Source: a virus
Taxonomy: Duplodnaviria; Caudoviricetes
Direction: 5' to 3' (one strand)
IMG/VR virus record: IMGVR_UViG_3300043567_000437
Location: 1 to 25,964 of that record
Length of the DNA: 25,964 bases
A program made the position numbers and the translations under genes. Under the pieces are notes generated by a model. It had not been told where the DNA came from and did no database searches. It saw only the letters and a program-made list of their open reading frames with translations. Positions 1 to 6,435 of this stretch are shown here, piece after piece (position 1 is the stretch's first letter; the number at the start of each line of letters is the position of its first letter).

Positions 1-9
1 TGGCTCGAC

Positions 10-534
10 ATGGAAGGCGGAGAGACGCGGTACGCGCCGGAGGAGCGGGAACTACCTTGTTTCCAAATCGGACTGTGGACTGGGTTCAACATGACCGAGT
101 GGGAGACGCTCGAAACTATCCAAGTTTCGGACAAACTTACGGCAGAGAAGTACGCGGAACTGCACTACCCCGGAGTCGAGTGGTACATCCGTCCCGCGCC
201 AGTGGACACAGCGGACGAGGAGCCGTCCGAGTGGTTCCCGTACATCACGACCATCCGCTACAGCAGCGGCCACGGCGACCGCGACGAGGCGTTCCGGACG
301 AAGGCCGAAGCCATTCGATACGCCGAGTCGATTCTTCCGACCATCCCGAAGTCGTGCCACATTACCGTCGAGCGCGTCGAGGAGAACAGCGACGAGCGCG
401 AGGAGGTTTGGTACGGCGGAGACGAGTCAGGAAGATGCCATGAGGATTGCGGATGCCCGCACTGCGGGCGCGACTGCGAACCCGGAGAGTCCCAGTGCGG
501 AGACTCCGACTGCCCCCGTCACGACAACGCCTAA
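10..534 (+). CDS. Hypothetical phage protein with Cys-rich C-terminus (may be 5'-truncated; alternative ATG at 91)
   Basis: Frame is open from the window start. Acidic protein ending in CHEDCGCPHCGRDCEPGESQCGDSDCPRH. Followed closely by the GGAG RBS of the next gene. Confidence 0.65.
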   Translation: MEGGETRYAPEERELPCFQIGLWTGFNMTEWETLETIQVSDKLTAEKYAELHYPGVEWYIRPAPVDTADEEPSEWFPYITTIRYSSGHGDRDEAFRTKAEAIRYAESILPTIPKSCHITVERVEENSDEREEVWYGGDESGRCHEDCGCPHCGRDCEPGESQCGDSDCPRHDNA

Positions 535-548
535 CTGGAGAACCTGCC

Positions 549-827
549 ATGCTGAACATCGACCGACTACTCTTCGGATCCCGAATCACCAAGACCGTAA
601 AGGAGTGGCTTGCCACCCCCGGCATCTGCGGCGGGAACCCGTTCACGCCCGTCATGCTTGCCAACGAGATCGACTCACTCGCGGCGGGCGAACTGCGCCG
701 ATGCGCGTTCGAGTTGGCGAAGGCCGACCCGGACGACGAGGCCGGGTTCGTCCGTGCGGTGGACGCATACGACCAAGCCGAAGCCATGTTCCTCGACATT
801 CACGAGCGGACGGAGGTGACCCTGTGA
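549..827 (+). CDS. Hypothetical protein (92 aa)
   Basis: ATG at 549 preceded by ACTGGAGAAC. Its stop overlaps the next start (GTGA at 824-827). Confidence 0.7.
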   Translation: MLNIDRLLFGSRITKTVKEWLATPGICGGNPFTPVMLANEIDSLAAGELRRCAFELAKADPDDEAGFVRAVDAYDQAEAMFLDIHERTEVTL

Positions 828-1126
828 GCCGCGACCACTGGAAGCAGAAGCCCGTGATTCTTTCCAAGCGCGCCCCGCTTGCCACCCGGCAACTGGCGCA
901 CACGGTAGCCAAACTGTTCTCGCACGATGCGTACTCCCGTCAGGCGTTGCAAGTGTCCGGCAGTCTCGCCGTGAACCTCGCGGCCCGCGGGCGCAGCCTC
1001 CGGCAACTGGCAAAGGCGACCGGGTTGAGTCCGGCGTACCTCTCGCTCGTCGCCAACGGACAGCAGCGGATCAGCCTTGCCGCGCTGCATCTCCTGCTGT
1101 CCCAGTGCGAGGGGGTGGAGCGATGA
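824..1126 (+). CDS. XRE/Cro-like helix-turn-helix DNA-binding protein (100 aa)
   Basis: GTG start coupled to the upstream stop, with GGAGG upstream. C-terminal RGRSLRQLAKATGLSPAYLSLVANGQQRIS is a typical HTH_3 pattern. Confidence 0.8.
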   Translation: MSRDHWKQKPVILSKRAPLATRQLAHTVAKLFSHDAYSRQALQVSGSLAVNLAARGRSLRQLAKATGLSPAYLSLVANGQQRISLAALHLLLSQCEGVER

Positions 1127-1917
1127 ACCCATACAAAGTCGAACCACCGTTCTACGTTTCTTTTAGCGGAGGACGTACTAGCGGCTACCTGCTTCGCCAT
1201 GTGCTTGACGCATGGGGAGGATCCATGCCGACTGGTGGTCATGTGTTGTTCGCCAACACTGGCAAAGAACATGACGCAACATATCGGTTCGTTGAACGCA
1301 TCGGCAGAGATTGGTGTCCGGTGACATGGATCGAATGGGTTCCGGGAGGATACGAAGTCAAGACACCGGAGACGGCGGACAGGACTGGAGTCCCGTTCGC
1401 GAGACTTATCGAGAAGCGGAACTATCTTCCGAATCCGATTGCGCGTTTCTGCACCAGTGACCTCAAGGTGATTCCGATGCGGAAGTTCATGCAGTCGCAA
1501 GGGCATGATGACTTTACGACGATCATCGGCCTCCGTGCAGACGAGCCGCGCCGTGTTTCCAAACTACGATCTGATACTACGAGAGACATATCCATGCCTC
1601 TTGCTGATGCAAGTGTCACTCGCGATGACATCATCGCATGGTGGAAGTCACAGTCGTTCGATCTTCAACTTCCAAACGACGATCCTGCATTCGGAAATTG
1701 CGATCTGTGTTTTCTGAAGGGAACAGCAAGAATCGAGCGAGTGATTCGTTCCGAGCCGAATCGCGCTGAATGGTGGGCTGCGCAGGAGGACGCAATATCT
1801 GCGCGGTTTAGGAAAGATCGTCCTACTTACCGCCAGTTGCTGACGCAGATCACGGTTCAGGGCGAACTGTTTCAGAATCTCGACGACACGACAATCCCAT
1901 GCGACTGCACGGAGTAA
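1123..1917 (+). CDS. Lambda NinC-like PP-loop protein (PAPS reductase/adenine nucleotide alpha hydrolase fold)
   Basis: ATGA overlap. Motifs VSFSGGRTS, FANTGKEH, FCTSDLK, IGLRADEPRR, WWKSQSFDL, GNCDLCFLK and terminal CDC match my recollection of the lambda NinC family. Confidence 0.85.
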   Translation: MNPYKVEPPFYVSFSGGRTSGYLLRHVLDAWGGSMPTGGHVLFANTGKEHDATYRFVERIGRDWCPVTWIEWVPGGYEVKTPETADRTGVPFARLIEKRNYLPNPIARFCTSDLKVIPMRKFMQSQGHDDFTTIIGLRADEPRRVSKLRSDTTRDISMPLADASVTRDDIIAWWKSQSFDLQLPNDDPAFGNCDLCFLKGTARIERVIRSEPNRAEWWAAQEDAISARFRKDRPTYRQLLTQITVQGELFQNLDDTTIPCDCTE

Positions 1918-1960
1918 AACCATGAATCTGTTTTTTCAAGTACGACGTTATTTGAGGAAA

Positions 1961-2281
1961 GTGGAAGTTATCCTTCCGTTCCTGCTCGTCTCGTCGGCCA
2001 GTGCCGACATGATGCTGCGCCTCTCCGACTCCGTGCTGCTGTGGAACGGGGGCGTGGCGTGGAACAACGGGAACGGGTGGTACGGGCAGGGGTGGGATCA
2101 CTTCCCCGGCGTGAACCCACCGTGGAACCCCATCGTCGCGGACGCGCCGCCGCAGCAGCCGCCGACAGTCGTGCAGGTCACGCCGCAGCCGATGCAGCGG
2201 TGCGCTCCGGTGCCTCCTGCACCTGTTGAAATGAGCCTCGGATGCAACGGCGAGGCGATCCCGGTGCAGATCCGGTGGTAA
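1961..2281 (+). CDS. Small putative secreted protein, Trp/Gly/Asn-rich then Pro/Gln-rich (alternative ATG at 1922)
   Basis: GAGGAAA precedes GTG at 1961. N-terminus EVILPFLLVSSASA|D resembles a signal peptide with an A-x-A site. A terminator-like hairpin follows. Confidence 0.6.
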   Translation: MEVILPFLLVSSASADMMLRLSDSVLLWNGGVAWNNGNGWYGQGWDHFPGVNPPWNPIVADAPPQQPPTVVQVTPQPMQRCAPVPPAPVEMSLGCNGEAIPVQIRW

Positions 2282-2313
2282 AATCACGGTAGGCCTTGGC
2301 AGAGGCTCCAGTA

Positions 2314-2347
2314 GCAGACCCCACCCGCAAGGGTGGGGCTGTTGTTT
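2314..2347 (+). terminator. Intrinsic terminator-like hairpin
   Basis: CCCCACCC-GCAA-GGGTGGGG (2319-2338), a perfect 8-bp stem with GNRA loop, followed by CTGTTGTTT, just downstream of the + strand gene block. Confidence 0.7.
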
Positions 2348-2405
2348 CCGGGGTGGAGCGATTCCGCTACAGATGTCGAAATGTGTAGCAGTTATGTACC
2401 ATGAT

Positions 2406-2536
2406 GCTGCCGTGATGTCGGTTCGATTCCGACTTGGGCAGCGCACAAGGCCGCAAGGTACGCCCGCTGCACCACCACCAATGGGGTAATGGGAACCTCC
2501 GGACGGGACAGGGCGCACCGAGGTGCGTTGCTGTCC
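2406..2536 (+). ncRNA. Candidate small structured RNA with a tRNA T-arm-like hairpin
   Basis: GCTGCC..GTCGG-TTCGATT-CCGAC..GGCAGC (2406-2442), GCC-GCAA-GGT hairpin, ACCACCACCA, and GGACAG-GGCGCAC-CGAG-GTGCGTT-G-CTGTCC (2506-2536). No D-arm or anticodon arm. Confidence 0.35.
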
Positions 2537-2542
2537 ACCTGC

Positions 2543-2965
2543 CTACACCCGGCGGAACCGGGCGATCGGTATGTGCAGCACTGGCTCCATGTCCTCCGGG
2601 TCATCCCGGTCGGCGCGGCCTCCCTGCGCCCGTCCTGCCGTCTCCAGTGCGTCCGTCGCGTCGATGACCCCGGAGCCGTCCGTCCACCGGACGAGCAACC
2701 TGCCGGGAACCCCGCGCCGTGCGGCCTCGTCCCGCAGCGTCTCCATCTTCCGGATGCCGATCAGGTAGGTCGGGTACGAGTAGGAGGCGCACCGTCTGCA
2801 CTTGACCTCGACGATGGCGACCATTCGCTGCCCGTGCCACAGGGTGTAGTCCCATGCGGCGAGTTCGTCGGTGCAGCGGGGAACCACCCCGAGCGCGTGG
2901 CAGTACCCGAGGATGGCATCCCACTGGCGGACGCGATCGTCCGGCCTCTCGTACCGCGGCCTCAT
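2543..2965 (-). CDS. PD-(D/E)XK-family nuclease
   Basis: WDY...IVEVKCR catalytic-type motif. C-terminal GGRxDRxDPxDxEPV pattern common in phage nucleases. ATGA coupling with upstream gene. Confidence 0.75.
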   Translation of the reverse strand: MRPRYERPDDRVRQWDAILGYCHALGVVPRCTDELAAWDYTLWHGQRMVAIVEVKCRRCASYSYPTYLIGIRKMETLRDEAARRGVPGRLLVRWTDGSGVIDATDALETAGRAQGGRADRDDPEDMEPVLHIPIARFRRV

Positions 2966-3381
2966 GCCCGTCGAACCTCGATCACGACCTCTTTCTCGGC
3001 GTTGGTGGAGACGCGCTCGGTGCGGAAGGTGATCGACTGCACCACCCGGTCATCGTCCCATACCCCTGCGTCCGTCAGCCCGTCGATGTACGCCTTGGTC
3101 TTGCCGCCGATGTTGTCGGGATCCGGGAGGCGACCCCGACCGCGCCATGTGACGGTCAGGGTCGCCCCCTTCATCCGCTCCCATGATGCGGACTTCCGCA
3201 TCTCCACCGTCGCAAGCGTTGCCGCAACGTAGCGGTCGTGTTGCGCGGCTCGGTGGCGAACGCGCCAGTGGCAGCGTTGGTTCGCCCCCGGCATCATCGG
3301 CGGCGGGAGCCGGATGGACAGGCAGTCAGCAGTTCCGTCGTCTCGGGTGCGTACAGCCAGTCCATCACTTGGTTCGCGCAT
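2962..3381 (-). CDS. rusA: RusA-family Holliday junction resolvase
   Basis: LPPP..N..HW N-terminal motif and PDPDNIGGKTKAYIDGLTDAGVWDDD catalytic motif. GAGGAGG RBS upstream of ATG 3381. Confidence 0.85.
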   Translation of the reverse strand: MREPSDGLAVRTRDDGTADCLSIRLPPPMMPGANQRCHWRVRHRAAQHDRYVAATLATVEMRKSASWERMKGATLTVTWRGRGRLPDPDNIGGKTKAYIDGLTDAGVWDDDRVVQSITFRTERVSTNAEKEVVIEVRRA

Positions 3382-3680
3382 CTCTCGGCCTCCTCTTCCT
3401 TCATGCCCATGCGGTCGTCCACGACCGCGACCGACCGGGAACGCTTCCCGTTCGATAACGTGACCGTCGTGCGGCGGCGGTCGTAGGTGTCGTCCAGTTC
3501 CGCGAGTCGCTTGCGACCCCATGCGTCCGTCCGCATGATGCAGTGCGCGACCGCGGAGGCGTACAGGTCGATGGAGTTGTCGTCCACACCCGGCAGCGCG
3601 TCAAAGGTGGCGGTGCCTTCGAGGACGATGTTCCCGTCAGCGAACCAGAGTATTTCGACGATCCATGTCGGTGATGTCAA
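3294..3680 (-). CDS. Hypothetical protein (128 aa)
   Basis: TTG start with AAGGAG RBS, globular composition, fits the operon. Overlaps the rusA start. Confidence 0.6.
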   Translation of the reverse strand: MTSPTWIVEILWFADGNIVLEGTATFDALPGVDDNSIDLYASAVAHCIMRTDAWGRKRLAELDDTYDRRRTTVTLSNGKRSRSVAVVDDRMGMKEEEAERCANQVMDWLYAPETTELLTACPSGSRRR

Positions 3681-3951
3681 TGTCGATCTCCTTTCTTCCT
3701 TGGCATGGGGATCGGCCTTCGAGGGCGTCCTCCCTGAATGCGGTGAACCTAGATAGCAACCTCGCCGCCCGCCTCTGCTGCATCCCGCGCCCGGTGTTCG
3801 CCGCCTGATTCAGTGCGATCAGGCACAGCGTCAGCACCTCGTCGAGAGCGGCGGCGACCTGATGCGACCGCGCCTCCCTGCGCTCGGATGCGATGCGGAG
3901 GTTGTTGGCTAGGTCATACGACCGTTCCGTCTCTGCCTTGCTCGGTTTCAT
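3637..3951 (-). CDS. Hypothetical helical protein (104 aa)
   Basis: ORF fills the operon gap and overlaps neighbours on the same strand. Confidence 0.6.
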   Translation of the reverse strand: MKPSKAETERSYDLANNLRIASERREARSHQVAAALDEVLTLCLIALNQAANTGRGMQQRRAARLLSRFTAFREDALEGRSPCQGRKEIDIDITDMDRRNTLVR

Positions 3952-4117
3952 CCTTGACCCCGTTTCTCTCCGATGCGATGGCCGTGCAGATCATGCGCTC
4001 GACCATCTCCTTGATGGAGCAGTCATCCCGCTGCGCGCGATGCGCGACGAGATCCCACAGCGGCTTCCCGATCCAGACCGTCTTCTCCTGCCTGTGCCAG
4101 TTGTCGCCCACGCTCAC
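3914..4117 (-). CDS. Ribbon-helix-helix-like small DNA-binding protein (67 aa)
   Basis: GTG 4117 coupled to the TGA of the upstream gene. KTVWIGKPLWDLVAHRAQRDDCSIKEMVERMI fits the RHH strand-helix-helix pattern. Confidence 0.6.
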   Translation of the reverse strand: MSVGDNWHRQEKTVWIGKPLWDLVAHRAQRDDCSIKEMVERMICTAIASERNGVKDETEQGRDGTVV

Positions 4118-4483
4118 CCCCTCGCCCTGTAGTCGAGGGCAGATTTCAAGGCATCGTTCTCGATGACGAGCGCGACGTTCCTCGACGCGAGGAGGGACAT
4201 TTCGTTCTCTCGTTCGCGGCGATCCATCAGCAGGGCGTCGATCGTTCGCGCCGCCTCGCCAGCAGTCGCGCTTCCTGCATCCGCTTCGATTCGCAACTTC
4301 CTCAACAGTTCGTCCATCATCGAGTACCTCCGCATATGTTCTCCGTAGCCACACGTTCCCGACCGTCGAGGTGGAGCATCCGACCTCGCGGGCGACATCG
4401 ACGTACCGCATCCCGTCCCGGACGAGCGACCGGATGCGAAGCACCTTCGCGATCCCGATAGGCCGTCGAGCGTTCCGCCTCAC
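3914..4483 (-). CDS. HTH DNA-binding protein whose frame runs on into the RHH gene (189 aa if fully translated)
   Basis: GTG 4483 coupled to upstream TGA with GGAGG RBS. IRSLVRDGMRYVDVAREVGCSTSTVGNV is an HTH pattern. No in-frame stop until 3914. Confidence 0.6.
   Translation of the reverse strand: MRRNARRPIGIAKVLRIRSLVRDGMRYVDVAREVGCSTSTVGNVWLRRTYAEVLDDGRTVEEVANRSGCRKRDCWRGGANDRRPADGSPRTRERNVPPRVEERRARHRERCLEICPRLQGEGVSVGDNWHRQEKTVWIGKPLWDLVAHRAQRDDCSIKEMVERMICTAIASERNGVKDETEQGRDGTVV
4114..4320 (-). CDS. Small coiled-coil hypothetical protein (68 aa)
   Basis: GGAGG RBS 6 nt before ATG 4320. MDELLRKLR...EAARTID... resembles the neighbouring paralogs. Stop coupled to the next gene. Confidence 0.65.
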   Translation of the reverse strand: MMDELLRKLRIEADAGSATAGEAARTIDALLMDRRERENEMSLLASRNVALVIENDALKSALDYRARG

Positions 4484-4755
4484 GCCTCGCCTCCGATATC
4501 TCGCGCCTCGTACTCCTGCAACAAGAGAGTGAGCCTGTTGTATCGGCTCTTCAGTTCGTGCAGTTCCCAGTGCGCCTTCTCCGACTTCTTCCGCAGGTCG
4601 TGCGCCTCCTGCTCCTTTGTCATGGCGCGGCTCAAGGCAACGTCGCGCTCGACGGTCAGCGCGTGGATGACGTTCGCCGCCTCCTCGCGCTCGTCGTTCG
4701 CCATGTCGCCCATCGCATCCCATCGGACGCGCAGCCTGTCAACGATGTCGCTCAC
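4480..4755 (-). CDS. Coiled-coil hypothetical protein (DIVxRLR/EAA family)
   Basis: GTG 4755 overlaps the upstream TGA; AGGAGG RBS; heptad-rich sequence. Confidence 0.7.
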   Translation of the reverse strand: MSDIVDRLRVRWDAMGDMANDEREEAANVIHALTVERDVALSRAMTKEQEAHDLRKKSEKAHWELHELKSRYNRLTLLLQEYEARDIGGEA

Positions 4756-5165
4756 TTGCCGTCCTCCTGCGGGAAGCAATCCCAACCGTGATTCTTCGCA
4801 ATATCAAACGCATCAAGCGGCACATCGCGGGAAACCCGTCCGCAATACATCCGCCTCGCCTCGTCGCGCTCGGCGGTGAGGGTTGCGTTCTCCTGCCGCA
4901 GTCGCTTGTTTTCCTGCCATGCCTTTTCGAGCATCGAAACTGCCTCGGTCGGAGTCATCTCTACGATCACTTCTCCTTCGCACCCCATCAACGTAACGGG
5001 GCAGGAAGCATCAATCGTCTTTGGTTTCTTCTTGCTCACTTGCCGTCCTCCTTCAAGTATTCCCACCCTCGCTGCTTGATCTCCTGCGACAGTTCCGCCC
5101 ACGAACACCGCTCCTTTACCCACAGCAGAATCTCCCGCCTCGCCTCGTCGCGCTCGGCGGTGAGG
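4750..5165. repeat. Paired direct repeats with 284-bp period
   Basis: 19-bp GCTCACTTGCCGTCCTCCT at 4750-4768 and 5034-5052. 31-bp CCGCCTCGCCTCGTCGCGCTCGGCGGTGAGG at 4851-4881 and 5135-5165. Confidence 0.9.
4752..5039 (-). CDS. Hypothetical protein, TAERDEARR...GW family
   Basis: GTG 5039 overlaps the upstream TGA; AAGGAGG RBS; paralogous to 5036-5284. Confidence 0.7.
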   Translation of the reverse strand: MSKKKPKTIDASCPVTLMGCEGEVIVEMTPTEAVSMLEKAWQENKRLRQENATLTAERDEARRMYCGRVSRDVPLDAFDIAKNHGWDCFPQEDGK

Positions 5166-5284
5166 TCGATGTTCGCTCGCTCAAGCCGCTCGATCTCGTC
5201 CGCCGCCTCGTCCATGATGGACGGGGCAAGGCACTCGCGATTCTTGCGTATGCGGTTCACGATGTCTCGGTCATGCGTTTCCAC
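5036..5284 (-). CDS. Hypothetical protein, TAERDEARR...GW family
   Basis: AAGGAG RBS. Shares LTAERDEARR and GW....EDGK with 4752-5039, and DIVxRxR..EAA with 4480-4755. Confidence 0.7.
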   Translation of the reverse strand: METHDRDIVNRIRKNRECLAPSIMDEAADEIERLERANIDLTAERDEARREILLWVKERCSWAELSQEIKQRGWEYLKEDGK

Positions 5285-5621
5285 TGGTCGCTCCTTTCTT
5301 TCCGAACCTGCGTTCCCGGTACAGGCGGATAGCCTCCGCGTTCCCGGCCTTGCAGCGATTGCACCTGCACCCGTACTGGTATCCCGTGTAGGGCTTGAGT
5401 TTCGGGAAGTTGCACCGCTTCGGGCTGTCCTTCTTCAGCCGCTGCCGACCGAATTCGAGCGTCCGGTAGCACCGCTCCTTGTGCGCGTCGAGGCACACGA
5501 TGCACTTGCACCCGTGCTTGTACGCATACGAGGTGGAGTATCCGGAGACGCAGCACCTCACGGAGTGCTTGCGCTGCCGCCGTCGCTTCGGCTTCGGCTT
5601 TGGCTTCTGTTCCTCTGTCAC
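5271..5621 (-). CDS. Basic protein with two YxxGCxCxxC putative Zn-binding repeats
   Basis: YKHGCKCIVC and YQYGCRCNRC; Lys/Arg-rich N-terminus; GAGGTAGG RBS. Confidence 0.75.
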   Translation of the reverse strand: MTEEQKPKPKPKRRRQRKHSVRCCVSGYSTSYAYKHGCKCIVCLDAHKERCYRTLEFGRQRLKKDSPKRCNFPKLKPYTGYQYGCRCNRCKAGNAEAIRLYRERRFGKKGATSGNA

Positions 5622-5634
5622 TGCCTACCTCGAT

Positions 5635-6435
5635 TCAGAACGGGAGTTCGCTGTCGGATCCGCCGTCAACGTCATGCGGCTGGGCGGTGCGCAACTGCAC
5701 GATGCGCGGCAGGCCGTTCGCGGCCTTGCTCGGCTCGGTGATAGCCCACACGGTCGAACCCTTCGCAGCCATCGCCGCGGCGTGCAGCGCCTCGTCCCAC
5801 ACCATCCAGTTCTCCCCGTTCGCGTCCTTGATCTTGACGTAGGGGGACTGGTTCTTCCCGGCGCGTCCCGTATCGACGTACTTCACGGCGATCTCGACCC
5901 ACTCGCCGTCCGCGACGGCGACCGGAGCCTGCTGCGGTTGCGCGCGCGGTGCCGGGACGGGAGCCGGGGACGGCCTCTCCTGCGATCCTCGCGCCTCCTG
6001 CGGGCGGAACGTGTCCCGGCGCGGCTCGGTGCGCTGCGTCCGGTCGTTCTCGCCGTCGTCGTCCTCGTCACCGACGATGCCGCAGATGGCGGCAAGCGCG
6101 TAGCGGCGCAGGTAGGTGATCGCGCTGCCCATCTGCTGCACGGTGGACTTGTCCGGCAGCGGGAACATCGCCGTGTCCTCGATGCACTGGCCGGACGAGT
6201 GGATCAGCGAGGTGGTGACGAGAACCATCCCGTGATCCATGCTCACCGTCTGCACGGTGGCGATGCCCTGCCTCGCAAGCGGGACGCGCACGGCGTTCAG
6301 GATGCTGCCGAGCGTGGCGTAGCGGTTCTTGAAGTGGGGGTTGACGCGATCGAGTTCCGCGTTGCGGATTTCGAGGTTTGCCTTGGCGAGAGCCGCGGCC
6401 AGTTCTCCGACGGTTTCGGTGCGCTTCATGGTCAT
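5635..6435 (-). CDS. erf: ERF-family ssDNA annealing protein with extra C-terminal domain and SSB-like acidic tail (start 6435 or 6429)
   Basis: ELAAALAKA..NPHFKNRYATL..QQMGSAITYLRRYALAAICGIVGDEDDDG is the ERF signature. Ends GGSDSELPF. Confidence 0.9.
   Translation of the reverse strand: MTMKRTETVGELAAALAKANLEIRNAELDRVNPHFKNRYATLGSILNAVRVPLARQGIATVQTVSMDHGMVLVTTSLIHSSGQCIEDTAMFPLPDKSTVQQMGSAITYLRRYALAAICGIVGDEDDDGENDRTQRTEPRRDTFRPQEARGSQERPSPAPVPAPRAQPQQAPVAVADGEWVEIAVKYVDTGRAGKNQSPYVKIKDANGENWMVWDEALHAAAMAAKGSTVWAITEPSKAANGLPRIVQLRTAQPHDVDGGSDSELPF

Noticed and set aside
1123-1917. cysH auxiliary metabolic gene
   Set aside because: Lacks the C-terminal ECGLH-type motif of true PAPS/APS reductases and matches the NinC-like pattern instead.
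1961-2281. PEP-CTERM-type sorting protein (VPPAP)
   Set aside because: No C-terminal transmembrane helix or Arg cluster after the motif.
2360-2480. Full tRNA gene suggested by GGTTCGATTCC
   Set aside because: No D-arm or anticodon arm and no properly spaced 7-bp acceptor stem could be built; kept only as a tRNA-like fragment.
4750-5165. CRISPR-like array
   Set aside because: Only two copies of each repeat, 284 bp apart and within coding sequence.
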